Part shown: one piece after another, positions 36,016 to 49,795 of the stretch
Position numbering within the stretch: the first letter of the stretch is position 1
Layout of the letters: each line of letters starts with the position of its first letter
NCBI RefSeq assembly: GCF_006345805.1
Contig: NC_043018.1
Coordinates: forward strand, 16,368,001 to 16,432,000
Direction: 5' to 3'
Source of the DNA: Octopus sinensis
Taxonomy: Eukaryota
Length of the DNA stretch: 64,000 bases
The notes under the pieces: model-generated
What the model was told of the DNA's origin: nothing
What the model saw: only the letters and a program-made list of their open reading frames with translations
Databases searched by the model: none
Made by a program: the position numbers and the translations under genes

Positions 36016-37440
36016 ATATCTATATATATATATTATATTTTATAGACACACCAATCGATAAATTAAGTACTACTTATGTATTGAAGCTGATTAAATCAAT
36101 TAGGTCGTAACATTTCCAGAAGTCTAAACGTTCAATGAAACGAGTTTTGTATTATTTAGAGTTTAGCTGTCGAACCTTGAAAACAATTCTTGCAGGAGTT
36201 GATTTTCCTATTCTTCAAGGCTGATTTTAAGAAATATAAACCGGTAATGTACATTCTTGTATTCATGTGATCCTTGATATATATCCTAGATACAAACAAT
36301 TCTATTTCTAATCAACGTTTGGAAATCCTTTTCTACGATTCTACACAATTTTGCACTTTCACAGCTCAAAATCAACCGATATCTATACAATTTTCACTTT
36401 TAAATTTCACTAAATAGCAAGAATATTACTGCAAGCCACTTCATAGAAAAAGAAAAAAAAAAACAACTAAAAGAAACATTTTGAAATCGTATGTAGTTTC
36501 TAACAATTTTCTGTCGTTTTCTGAAAGTTCTTACGTTTGCTGAACAAAAAATACGAACATCAATAGAATATTTTTAATAAAGCTAGAATATAAAAGCATT
36601 TGGAGTGAAAATGAATAATTAAATGAATTCTGGTGCCAATAAAGAGTAATTTCTATAATTTCACCGTAAATTCCATGTTTACTGTCTACTTCAGAAACAC
36701 GTAATTCCAGCACATAAGATGCGTTTCTAAATCATAAGATACGATTCTGAAAAATCTTTATTTTTGCACTCATTATTTGCGTATATTGATGTTCGTGTAA
36801 TCAAAGTATATTTTCTCGTCTTACATTTTCTTTGCTATAGAATAGACATAGGCAAGATGGCGAACGCTGTTACTTCTTCTTATCTTCATTGCTTATCAAT
36901 TGCTCTCGTTTAGATGCATTCGAATATATTTAGCTAGTTTTTTTTTCTTCTTTTTTATCAATCAGATATTTTCATAAGATATTTTCCTCGTTTGCGCATG
37001 ACATGTGCATGTGAATCGTATGCTTTTTTTGCGGTCAAATTAGCTGTACGCAACCAATATCAAATTATGGTTGTCTCTTGTAGTCTGAGGAGGACGGTTC
37101 TGCAATGTTACTTTGCCTTTCATCCTTTCGGGGGTCGATAAAATAAGTACAAGTTAAGAAGGTATCGAATAATTTGTTTTTCCGCTTCCCCTATATTGCT
37201 GGCCTTGTCTCAAAATTTGAAAGCAATATATGTTAGGGATGCGAGCTGGTATAATCGTTTTTACCCGGCGTGCTAACTGTTCTGCCAGCTTGCCGACTTG
37301 AAAAGCTTTGATCACAATCAAAACTCATTAGAAATATAAACCTCGGTGGAGTCGTTCCATGGCTACCAGACCTACTAGAAATAGTAGCCAGATAGCCTTC
37401 AAATTACATCCAGTTAAAAAAGAGAAGGATACATTACATT

Positions 37441-37833
37441 GGAATGGAATGGAAGCACTCCGTCGGTTACGACGACGAGGGTTCCGGTTGATCCGATCAA
37501 CGGAACAGCCTGCTCGTGAAATTAACGTTCAAGTGGCTGATCACTCCACAGACACGTGCAGCCTTAACGTAGTTCTCGGGGATATTCAGCGTGACACAGA
37601 GAGTGACAAGGCCGGCCCCTTGAAATACAGGTACAACAGAAAGAGGAAGTAAGAGTGTGAGAAAGTTGTGGTGAAAGAGTACAGCAGGGATCACCACCAC
37701 CCCCTGCCGGAGCGTCGTGGAGCTTTTAGGTGTTTTCGCTCAATAAACACTCACAACGCCCGGTCTGGGAATCGTAACCGCGATCCTATGACCGCGAGTC
37801 CGCTGCCCTAACCACTGGGCCATTGCGCCTCCA
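37441..37833 (-). mobile_element. SINE family A, full length with TSD and (TTCCA)n tail
   Basis: Direct repeat gatacattacatt at 37428-37440 and 37835-37847. Confidence 0.97.
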
Positions 37834-40021
37834 CGATACATTACATTATGTATCCCATGATAGACAACGTCCGAGAACAGCACAGATTAGTTATAGCTGA
37901 AACGACTTTGCTCAGCGATTCGATTAGTTAGGTCTGACATCGAATAAAACAACACAAAGAACAGTTGGAACTTCCATGTGAAGCATGGAATCAAAACAGA
38001 ACTCTCATTACAATATTTAAAACAAGCTCTGGAAGCTAATATGAATTTTTCTAGTTCCTCGATTTGTGTATATTGCTTAAATCATAAACAGAACCAGAAA
38101 TACATAAAAAAAAAAGAAATTGGATTCTAGGCAACGAACGGAGAAGATCGATGAGAATATCAAGAACAAAGATAAAAAAAATAATCAGAGTGTTTCGCTT
38201 TTTTTATGTTATGAAATTTATAAGAAAATTTTAAACGAAATATGATATGTGTAAAGATATGCCGGAAAAAAATTTACCTGAGACGTTAATAATTTTTATC
38301 ATTTTTTAAATCAATTCACTTCGGTATATATTTCATGATTAGCATAGGCATATCAATATCCGTTTTCTGATCGAAAAATATAGAATGTACTCATACATTT
38401 CTAGAACTTAGCATTTACTTAAAAGAAATTTATGTTAAACCTAAGCTTGAAAATTCAGAGTTACAGATGATTTTTTTTTTTATTGCCGTGTTCTAGATAT
38501 CGTGGCTTACAGATTAAATAAATATCCGAGATGCTTTTCCCTACGCAGAGACAACAGGAGCTACTCAAAAAAATATATTGCAATCTCTTCCGATGGTGAT
38601 AAAAGCTATTGCAATGTTGGAAACCCTTCCGAATAATCAGCCGGTATTTCAGAGTCATAAGCATTTCGCCCCCTTCTTCTGTACATTTCACCTTACTCAG
38701 CAGCGAGGAACGCATTAACTCTCCCATGCAGAAGGGTTTCACCTGTAATCCCTTGTCTATCACAGCCAGCTTCAGCTGGTTTTAGCTGCCACAACTATTT
38801 CCATGATGGAGTTTTCGGTTGATTGGGTTTCAAACTGGAAATAGCGCACCGACATTACTAAAAAAAAAAAAACTGCGGCCAATTTCCGTAAGGAATGCCA
38901 CCTTTGAAAAGAACCTCACCAACGTACTCCTGATATTTGTTTTTATTCAGCTTCTGAGAAATGGTCAGTTTGCCCTCCCAGGACGTGGTGAGTTCAAATC
39001 CAATGGTTTGTTTTACGCCATCAAAATACTTGGATGGTTAAGGTTCTCTAATTTCATATATAAATACTTAACATACATTCACTTAATGTTTGTATCTTCC
39101 GACAGCATAGCTATATGTATGCAAAGCTCATCTTTCAAATCATTTTAATATTTTTTTTTGACGGGGGTGGGGTCCAGTGTTTTAGTTTTATTGCATTTAT
39201 ATATAATAAATGTAAATTGTATTTTAATAGCAAATTGCATGTTTGATACCAAATTACTGGATGGAATATTCAGAAAGCATCTTAAGAACTATAAAAAACA
39301 TTGGAGGAAAACCATCATTCTAAAAGTGCATTCGGGAATGGAGAAGACATAGTTTCCGCTGTCCTTTTCAGCAGCGACAGCACGTTCAACAGAGATGAAG
39401 ATAAATGGATAGAAAGAGCTAAAATAGCGACAGTAATTGGTGTAACTGAGAAACTAAAGTACATCGAATTGAGGAGAGGAGAACAAATTTAAAAAAAAGA
39501 AAATTATGGGTTAAGAAAAAGTAGAGAAATGTAGAAAATAAAGCGATAATCTAATGACGGTGGTGTCAGAATAAATAAGTAAATAATTGAATGAATAAAT
39601 AAATAAATACGAAAGTGATGGGGTCATATAATAACTGAGAACAAGAAAGAGGGTGGGAAAAGGATGAGCGGAGGGTAATAGAGAGAGATACTGAATAAGA
39701 GTAAATTAGCCGAAACATGAAGAAAATAAGTAGCGAAAATAAGAGAATAGTTACTGAAGATTGTAAGAAAAAGTATCAGGAAAATGAGATGAGAGGAGAA
39801 AAAAAGAGAGAAAGATGGATAGAGGAACGGAAGAAGGAGAATTGAAGAAGGAATCAAATACAAGAGGAAAGAGATTGGAAAAATAGTGAAGAATGTGAGT
39901 AAAAGATCCAAAGCTAAATCTGAGTATATTGACATAAAACAACATATATTAGTATAAACTATATTATTTTACGCGTTCCTGCGTTACTAACTGTTTTGTC
40001 CGTGTGTTACTTTTATGCCGT

Positions 40022-40300
40022 TTAGGCGCAATGGCCCACTAGATAGGGTAGCGGACTCGCGGTCGTAGGATCGTGGTTTCGATTCCCAAACAGAGCGTTG
40101 TGAGTGTTTATTGAGCGAAAATACATAAAGCTCCACGAAGCTCTGGAAGGGGGTGGTGGCGAACCCTGCTGTACTCTTTCACCACAATTTTCTCTCCCTC
40201 TTTCTTCCTGTTTCTGTTATTCCTGTTTTTCAAAGGGTCAGCCTTGTCACACTCTGTGACACGCTGAATCACTCCGAGAACTACGTTAAGGGTACACGTG
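40022..40300 (+). mobile_element. SINE family A, diverged and 3'-truncated at a (TA)n run
   Basis: Collinear with A up to ttaagggtacacgtg. Confidence 0.9.
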
Positions 40301-40363
<63 letters not shown>

Positions 40364-40364
<1 letters not shown>

Positions 40365-40595
40365 AGGGCGGCGAGCTGGCAGAAACGTTAGCACGCCGGG
40401 CGAAATGCGTAGCCGTATTTCGTCTGCCGTTACGTTCTGAGTGCAAATTCCGCCGAGGTCGACTTTGCTTTCATCTTCTCGGGGTCGATAAATAAAGTAC
40501 CAGTTTCGCACTGGGTCGATGTAATCGACTTAATCCCTTTGTCTGTACTTGTTTGTCCCCTCTGTGTTTAGCCCCTTGTGGGTAGTAAAGAAATA
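40364..40595 (+). mobile_element. SINE family B, full monomer
   Basis: ggcggcgagctggcagaaacgttagc..gagtgcaaattcc..gtaaagaaata. Confidence 0.95.
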
Positions 40596-41514
40596 TGTGT
40601 ATTAAAAACACTATTTGGCACGCTCTCGACACATGAATCTAATAGTAGCACATAAATACATATATTGCGTTTATTGAATAATTATACGTATGTGCATGTG
40701 TGTGCGTATGTGTGAGAGAGATAGAGAGCGTGCGCGTGTATGCATATAGACTAACTAGTTGGCAGAGTCATTTAAACTACGAATAGATTGTTTGTGTTTA
40801 TTCATTCCTGCTCTCTACACTGTGAGTTCAAATCCTGACGATGTCATTATTGCCTTCTATCATTTAACAGTTGATAACAACAGTTCTGGTGTTCCACTCA
40901 GTTTCTGTCAATCAAAATCACCCAAAATGCATTAGTCGAGCTGATAGGCATAGGCGAAAAACTCTAACCCAGAGAACCGTACCGCCCGCACCGTGCCGCG
41001 AACCCAAAGCCGCCTAGTCATGAAACAAATTATCTTAACTACGCAGCCATCCGTGCACCATTGTTAAGTTCTCTTAAAATAACAATGGTGTTAATGAAAT
41101 AGAAAGTAACTATAAAAACATAGTGAATGAGATTGCTAACACTGTGTAGTTTCGTATCGTCCTGAGACAAGATTGATCACTTTAAAAGGTTATGCCCATT
41201 AAGCGTGTCTGTCGGCTGCTAAAGAAACATCGTCTGCTGATTGTTTGACTTGTACCTCGCCGCTTGAAACTCAGTGAGTCTCCGTGCAAGTCATGGCGAT
41301 TGTCGTGTTGTTTGCTGCTGGCATTCCATTTTCAATATTTCAGTTCACGATAAGTATGGGGTAAAACCAAAATATTGAATAAATATATTTTTCTCTTCTG
41401 TCAATTTAACTAAATATACTTCGTCCATCTCATCAGTGTATATAACTATTATATATTTATTTACATGTCTATATATAAACTTATTACAGCCATCTTCGGC
41501 TGTTTTTAGTAATT

Positions 41515-41557
<43 letters not shown>

Positions 41558-41720
41558 TATAAAATTAGAAAAAAAAACTTTTATCAATTCAAAATGAACA
41601 ATTAAATTACACCATCTAGAAAACTACATATAATAGAAAAATTGAAATTAAAATAACAATAAAATGTCAAAGATTAAGTAAATTGCAAAAAATAATACTA
41701 ACAACGTATATAATAGGTAG

Positions 41721-41812
41721 AAAAACGACACGGGTTTCGTGGCTATATTTAAGAAATGATTAAAGTAATAGAGAAATCACTTCGATATAAATATAGTCGC
41801 TCATCAGGTTAA
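41721..41812 (-). ncRNA. Type I hammerhead motif inside an inverted-repeat-bounded element
   Basis: Minus strand: aac CTGATGA gcgactatattta..taaatatagccac GAAA cccgtg TC gtt. Helix II pairs 11 of 13; helix III is one change from ACACGTGT; inverted repeats at about 41555-41587 and 41844-41878. Confidence 0.62.
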
Positions 41813-41964
41813 AAATAAACTAGAACAATAAAATAATTATTTTATTGATAAAAGGTGTTTTTTTCTAATTTTATATATATACTATAGTGTGTGAAATTTG
41901 ATTTAGTATTTCTAAATTGAATTTTTCCTTGTAAGTTTGGATATTATTCCCTCAAATAATAATT

Positions 41965-42071
<107 letters not shown>

Positions 42072-42203
42072 CGTGTGTGTGTGTGTTTGTCTCTGTGTCT
42101 GTGTGTGTAATTGTAAGCAAATGGGAAAGGCTTGTTCGGATTTTAAAATTGTCGCTTCAAATCGGAAAATAAAATATTTGACATATATATTTATATAATA
42201 ATG

Positions 42204-42234
<31 letters not shown>

Positions 42235-42294
42235 TGATGATGATGATGATGTGATGATGATAATGATGATGATGTGATGATGATGATGATGATG

Positions 42295-42325
<31 letters not shown>

Positions 42326-43371
42326 AATAATAATAATAATAATAATAATTGCGTTGGTACTGTACCAAGCAGCAATTTCATTTGCTTCGATTTTAGTACA
42401 TGATTGATACTTCATTTTATTGAACCCGATATGAAATGCAAAATCAACCTCAATACCATTTGAAATCGGAACACCAAGAACCGAAAGAAATGCCACGAAG
42501 CATTTTTCCGATGCTCTAGCGATTCTGTCAGTTTGTTGCTGTTGCGTTAATGATGATAATTCTTTGTATAAGAGCCACAGTGCCTAGAATTTGGGCGATG
42601 GAGTTAAACGATCTCGTCGACCTAAATGCTCAAATGGTACTTATTTTATGAATTGCGAATTGATGAAAGGCAAAGTCGACCTCGTTGGAATTTGAACTCA
42701 GTGCGTAAAGCCAAAAAAAAAAATGCCACTAAACATTTAATCTGTAGAGTAACAACTCTGACGTCTCGTCGCCATTGTGATGTTGAAGATAATTATAACA
42801 ACAACACTTAACAAGCGAACCCAGTTGAATGAAATGTCAGCTCCTAGAGGCGTTCTCAATCGCCAATTGAAACCTATTTAAACATTGCTCAGAATGTCAC
42901 GAACATCACAATAGAACAGCTCACTTTCTCCGAGAAAAATATATACTTAGTCGAAAGGAATCTAATACCTGGTTTCTCTAAGAAAAAAAATGACTTACAA
43001 TAACTCTTTCATTTCGTTTAGATATCAAATTTCTTTTGTTGGGTTATAGTAATTGTACTTTACAGAGAAAATTAATAACTACTGCTAAAATAATCGATCA
43101 AATCTCTCGTAAAACAGCAGTGCGGTATTACTTCAAGCGGGATTTACATTACTGCGACATTCTTAAAACAAATCGCGAATGTTCTTGATAACTGCGTGAT
43201 ATCATGATATTTGATGTGAACCACTGAAGTACTTTTCTGCTAACACCATGTTAAACCAAATCTCGAAGCTTTATTTCATGTCACATATATTGTAAAGTTT
43301 TCACCATATCAATATAGATAGATAGAAGGATATGCACACACACGTATATATGCATGTATATATATATGTAT

Positions 43372-43472
<101 letters not shown>

Positions 43473-43518
43473 CATATATATATATATATATATAGATATA
43501 GATAGATAGATATCATAG

Positions 43519-43549
<31 letters not shown>

Positions 43550-43770
43550 CAGATAGATAGATATATATATATATACAGATAGATAGATATATAGATATCA
43601 TGGAATATTATATATATTATATATATATTTGAGTAGTTGAATGAATTATCTTATTAAGGATAATTCGAAAGATAACCGATACCTGGGTAGCAATTCACAT
43701 CGAAAGAACACGGTTGAAGCTACGTCCCTAGGGCATAGACTACGTGTCTTCGTGCGGAAATTTGTATGTT

Positions 43771-44031
43771 TATTTTAAAATTATAAGTATATGAAAGAAT
43801 GGAGTTGAACGACTAGTTAACAAATATCCCTTATTCTCGAGATATGTTTCGAAGGCTGCATATTCCTAATTCCGAAGGAATAAGGGGTACATTATGCAGA
43901 TTTCTCATCAGGAAAATCAAGGAACTTCGGAATTAGGAATATGCAGCCTTCGAAACATATGTCGAGAATAAAGGATATTTGTTAACTAGTCGTTCAACTC
44001 CATTCTTTCATATACTTATAATTTTAAAATA
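43771..44031. repeat. Foldback element: 107-bp inverted arms with a 47-bp spacer
   Basis: Arms at 43771-43877 and 43925-44031 with a few mismatches. Confidence 0.97.
43828..43922 (-). ncRNA. Type I hammerhead ribozyme motif (family F)
   Basis: Minus strand: ccttgattttc CTGATGA gaaatctgcata..tatgcagccttc GAAA catatc TC gagaataaggg. The opposite arm gives the palindromic catatg version. Confidence 0.8.
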
Positions 44032-44104
44032 TAGATATATATATATATATATATATATAGCAATAATAAAGCTCTGAACAAGGTATAAACAGTAACTGCA
44101 CGAC

Positions 44105-44311
44105 AATGTGAGGTATACTTGCCATCTCAATATGGCTAACCACTAAGGGTGGGTGTTACTGTAGCTTGTAGCCCAAGAGAACATCGTCTCCAGCTGGCTT
44201 TAGAAAGTGTGCCTAAAGCCAGCTGGAGACGATGTTCTCCTGGGGCTACAACTACAGTAACACCCACCCTTAGTGGTTAGCCATATTGAGATGGCAAGTA
44301 TTTCTCACATT
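44105..44311. repeat. Foldback element: about 99-bp inverted arms with a 9-bp loop
   Basis: aatgtgaggtatacttgcc..ggctttag [aaagtgtgc] ctaaagcc..ggcaagtatttctcacatt. Confidence 0.97.
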
Positions 44312-44562
44312 ATATGTATATATATACTTATATATATATATACTTATACATATATATAGCAAGTGTGTTGTCTAGTAGCTATTTCGCTTTAACTTATAAC
44401 AAATAGGCGTTATTTCGACATTGTCAGCATCTGATCACGCGATTAGGTTTGGACTAAATCCGTTCCAAAGACTGGATGGGTTTAGCTGTCCAATCGCTGT
44501 TTCAGCAACAGTTTTTATCCCAACGCAGAAAAATCATCTTCCTGCCTACAAACCGTTATATA

Positions 44563-44794
44563 TATTTCTTTACTGCCCACAAGGGGCTAAACATAGAGGG
44601 GACAAACAAGGAGAGACAAACGGATTAAGTCGATTACATCGACCGCAGTGCGAAACTGGTACTTTATTTATCGACCCCGAAAGAATGAAAGGCAAAGTCG
44701 ACCTCGGCGGAATTTGAACTCAGAACGTAACGACAGACGAAATACCGCTAAGCATTACGCCCGGCGCGCTAACGTTTCTGCCAGCTCGCCGCCT
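44563..44794 (-). mobile_element. SINE family B, full monomer
   Basis: Reverse complement of 40364-40595. Confidence 0.95.
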
Positions 44795-44854
44795 TAGGTT
44801 ATAGGTTATATAAGTAATCGTCCCTCACGCTACAGAGCAGAGATGGAAGAGAGA

Positions 44855-44912
<58 letters not shown>

Positions 44913-45420
44913 ACAAGCCAAACGTACGTCTTTCCGTTGTCGACGCTGACCATCACGCAGAACAAAGCCGTCCAGCACAAAGCACCTATCCATGAATTAT
45001 CAAACCAGTTACTTCTCAATGTGTAAGACGGTTGCAATAAAGAATAGTTGCATTGAATTTACCGTGGTTCTGCCTGTCCTCACTTTATCTACGATTACTC
45101 CAGGCACGCAGACTAGACCAGTTAATGCATAACTAAAATGCAGCTACATCAAACTACAGTCAAAACTAATAACCAATAACCGTTATATATACAGGGTTAG
45201 ACGAAGGCGAGCCGACAGTATATCAAACTACCATGAATATTTAATATTCAATTTTATTTATTCATTCTAATTATGAATGTTTAATAAGTGAATGATGTCA
45301 GTTAAAATCATTTTTTTTTTCAACATTTGTCTATTCATTAGTGAAGTCTCATATAAAATAATTTTTTGTTTTAATCTTGGAATTAAATGGTTTTGATTTA
45401 CTGCCAGGTAACTTTTTGCC

Positions 45421-45517
<97 letters not shown>

Positions 45518-45527
45518 GTTTGTAATA

Positions 45528-45691
45528 TAGGCGCATGAGTGACTGTGTGGTAAGAAGCTTGCTTGCCAACCACATGGTTCCGGGTTCAGTCCCACTGCGT
45601 GGCACCTTGGGCAGGTGTCTTCTACTTAAGTCTCGGGCCGACCAAATCCCTGTGATTAGATTTGGTAAACGAAAACTGAAAGAAGCCCGTC

Positions 45692-45733
<42 letters not shown>

Positions 45734-45756
45734 ATATTAGACATATATATATATAA

Positions 45757-45789
<33 letters not shown>

Positions 45790-46021
45790 TGTATGTATGT
45801 ATGTATGTATATATGTATGTATGTATGTGTGCGTATATGTTGTGTATCTGTGTTTGTCAACCCACTATGCTGGTGCATTTCCGTCCCCGTAACTTAGCGG
45901 TTCGACAAAATAGTCCGAGAGAATAAGTATTAGGTTTACAAAGAATAAGTCCTGTGGTCTGTTTGCTCGACTAAAGGCGGTGCTCCAGCATGGCCGCAGT
46001 CAAATTACTGAAATAAGTAAA

Positions 46022-46023
<2 letters not shown>
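45528..46023 (+). mobile_element. SINE family C, full length with expanded internal microsatellite
   Basis: Head taggcgcatgagtgactgtgtgg; internal (TA)/(TATG) tract at about 45693-45850; tail actgaaataagtaaaaga. Confidence 0.92.
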
Positions 46024-46071
<48 letters not shown>

Positions 46072-46090
46072 GCACACATATACATATATT

Positions 46091-46368
46091 AGTGGTTGGG
46101 ATATTTGGCTCGTGATCGTAGGGTCGCGAGTTCGGGTCCCGGCAGCGCGTTGTGTCCTTGAGCATGACACCTTATTTTACGTTGTTCCAATCCACTCAGC
46201 TGGCAAAAACGAGGAGTACCTGTATTTGAAGGGGCCGGCCTTGTCACACTTTATGTCACGTTGAATTTCCATGAGAGAGTACGCGTGTCTGCGGAGTGCT
46301 CAGCCACTTGAACGTTAACTTCACGAGCAAGCTGTTCCGTTGATCGGATCTACTGGAACCCTCGTCTT
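46091..46368 (+). mobile_element. SINE family D: distinct central domain with the family A 3' half
   Basis: gcgttgtgtccttgagcatgacac..ccactcagctggc, then tacctgtatttgaaggggccggccttgtcac..gttgatcggatc as in family A. Confidence 0.8.
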
Positions 46369-46459
46369 AGTACATATCCATCTATCTATCTAGATAACTA
46401 TCCAGATAGCTAGATAGATAGATAGAAAGATAGATATATAGCTAGCTAGATATATTATA

Positions 46460-46599
<140 letters not shown>

Positions 46600-46761
46600 T
46601 CAATTCATATAAATACAGTGTGCATTTAAACACATAATATGTATCCAACAAAGGATTCCTTTCACGCTAGAAGGAACAGCTAAAGTCCAAACCACTATTA
46701 GGGATAAAAACATGAAGGGAATGAAAAATAAAAACAAAAAAAAAACATTTACCATCTATTT

Positions 46762-46830
46762 CCTGGAGCATGGTTTCTGACTTATTTTAGCAAGTAAAAT
46801 AATTTGCTAGGCGAAGTCTTCCTCAACAGG
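46762..46830 (-). ncRNA. Hammerhead-like motif with U at core position 3
   Basis: Minus strand: cctg TTGAGGA agac..gtca GAAA ccatgc TC cagg. Confidence 0.55.
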
Positions 46831-47286
46831 TACGCCTAGATCAAATATATAGGTACGAGGCATATCCAGCATATGCCTCTTGCTTATATACTTTATAACT
46901 TTTCAAATCCACTGCGCAAGAGCAGTTTTTTGTCGGAAGCAACAAAAAATATATAAATACCGGCATTTTTTCGAACAATTCTCCAGAAAAACATTATGAA
47001 TAATTAATATCAGGGTAATAAATATTTTAGAATGTTTACTACCTGTGGCCATGCGTGTAGAAAAATTAGTCAATAGATTATACGTTATTCATATAAATAC
47101 AGTGTGCATTTAAACACATAAGACGTATCCTTCATAGTATACCTTGCACGCTAGAAGGAACAGCTAAAGTCCAAACCACTATTAGGGATAAAAACTCGAA
47201 GGGAATGACAAATTAAAAAAAACATTTACCATCTATTTCCTGGACCATGGTTTTTGATTTTTATTAGCAAATAATTCAGGCATGGC

Positions 47287-47355
47287 TGTGTTGATGAAGA
47301 CTTCGCCTAGCAAATTATTTTATTTGCCAAAAAAAGTCAGAAACCAAGGTCCAGG
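47287..47355 (+). ncRNA. Hammerhead-like motif with U at core position 3 (second copy)
   Basis: tgtg TTGATGA agac..gtca GAAA ccaagg TC cagg. The three-copy consensus for helix III is ACCATGGT. Confidence 0.55.
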
Positions 47356-47735
47356 AAATAGATGGTGAATGTTTTTATTTTTCATTCCCTTCGAGTTTTT
47401 ATCCCTAATAGTGGTTTTGTACTCTCCATGAGATGAGGACCTACAGTGACTCTAGGATCAAGGGATGACTCCGGTTCAGCAAAAGACAACGGGCCATATT
47501 TTATTTTAAAATAATAATAATGATACTAATAATATAGAATTCTAGCAAATCAGAAAGCCACAAGCGCAGAAAAACTGATGTCGAGAAGAATGTGACACAA
47601 CTCTACATTGCCAAAGGGGAATAATACAACACACACTTCAGGAAACTACAAAAGTGCACGGTTGGTGGCGCTGGGGGCGAAGCAGAAACACATAAAGCAA
47701 GAATAAACTATTACAAAATATGACGATCTGTGACA

Positions 47736-47737
<2 letters not shown>

Positions 47738-47777
<40 letters not shown>

Positions 47778-47816
47778 GTGGTGATGATGGTGATGATGAT
47801 GATGGTGAGGATGATG

Positions 47817-47870
<54 letters not shown>

Positions 47871-49106
47871 GTGGTGGTGATGATGGTGGTGATGATAGTG
47901 GTGTTGATGAAGATGATGATGATGATGGTGGTGATGATGGTGATGATGATGATGGTGATGATGATGATGATGATGAATGATGATGATGGATGGTGGTGGT
48001 GATGATGGTGATGTGATGATGGTGAGATTTGTGGATGATGATGATGATGATGATGATGGTGTGTGTGATGATGTGATGATGATGATGGTGGGGATTTGTG
48101 GATGATGAGAGAGATGATGATGATGATGATGATGATGATGTGGATGATGATGGATGATGAGGATGTTGTGATAATGATGATAAAATGATGATATGATATG
48201 TGGATGATAGTGGTGATGATGATGATATGATGTGGTGGTGATGATGGTGGGTGGATGTGATAGTGGTGATGATGAAGATGATGATGATGATGGTGGTGAT
48301 GATGGTGATGATGATGATGGTGAGGATGATGTGGATGATGATGATGATGATGATGATGGTGGTGGTGATGATGGTGATGATGATGATGGTGGAGATTTGT
48401 GGATGATGATGATGATGAGATGGTTGGTGGTGGTGATGATGGTGGATGATGATGATGGTGTGGGATGTGGAGATTAGAGAATGATGAAGATGAGATGATG
48501 CGAGTGGATGATGAAGATTGATGATGATGGATGATGATGATATGATGATAAAATGATGATAATGATATGGAGTAGTGGTGATGATGATGATGATGATGGT
48601 GGTGGTGATGCTGAGATGATGGGTGATGATGATAATGGTGATGATGATAATGGTGATGATGATGATAATGTGGATGGTAGTGGTGATGCTGATGGATGAT
48701 GATGATGATAATGGTGATGATGATGATGATAATGGTTGATGATGATGATAATGTTGATGATGATGATGTGATGGATGATGATGATGTGATGATGGTGGTG
48801 ATGATGAGATGATGAAGATTGTGATGATGATGATGTGGATGATGAAGAGATGATGATGATGATGATGATAATGATGAGAAAATGATGATGATAATGTGAT
48901 GATAGTGGTGATGATGATGATGATTGATGATGATGGTGGTGGTGATGATGATGATGGTGATGATGATAATGGTGATGATGATAATGGTGATGATGATGAT
49001 AATGTGGATGGTAGTGGTGATGCTGATGATGATGATGATGATAATGGTGATGATGATGATGATAAATGTGATGATGATGATAATGTTGATGATGATGATG
49101 ATGATG

Positions 49107-49192
<86 letters not shown>

Positions 49193-49275
49193 GATGATGA
49201 TGGTGATGATGATGATGATGATGTGTAATGGTGATGATGATGATGATGATGCTGATGATGATGATGATGATATGG

Positions 49276-49307
<32 letters not shown>

Positions 49308-49337
49308 CTGATGGTGATTATGATGATGATGCTGATG

Positions 49338-49393
<56 letters not shown>

Positions 49394-49461
49394 AATGGTG
49401 ATGATGATTGATGATGATGATGATGATGATGATGGTGATGAGATGATGATGATGATGATAT

Positions 49462-49493
<32 letters not shown>

Positions 49494-49740
49494 GATGTGA
49501 AGATGATGATGATGATGATGGATGATGAAGATGATGATGATGATGATGATGATAATGATGATGAATGATGATAATGATAATGTGGATGATAGTGGTGATG
49601 ATGATGATGATGATGTGATGGTGTGGTGATGATGATGATGATGATGATATGGTGATGATGATAATGGTGATGATGATGATAATGTGGATGGTAGTGGTGC
49701 TGATATGATGATATGATAATGGTGATGATGATGATAATGT

Positions 49741-49795
<55 letters not shown>

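Larger units (their letters stand above)
46603..47417. repeat. Composite repeat: two direct copies and one inverted partial copy of an approximately 230-bp unit
   Basis: Copy 1 at 46603-46830, copy 2 at 47087-47276, inverted copy 3 at about 47287-47417. Confidence 0.92.

Noticed and set aside
36853-36862. YY1-like CAAGATGGCG motif
   Set aside because: Isolated motif, followed by only an 18-codon ORF and no other promoter evidence.
39301-39492. 63-aa ORF with normal composition
   Set aside because: No recognisable motif or clear splice signals; within chance expectation.
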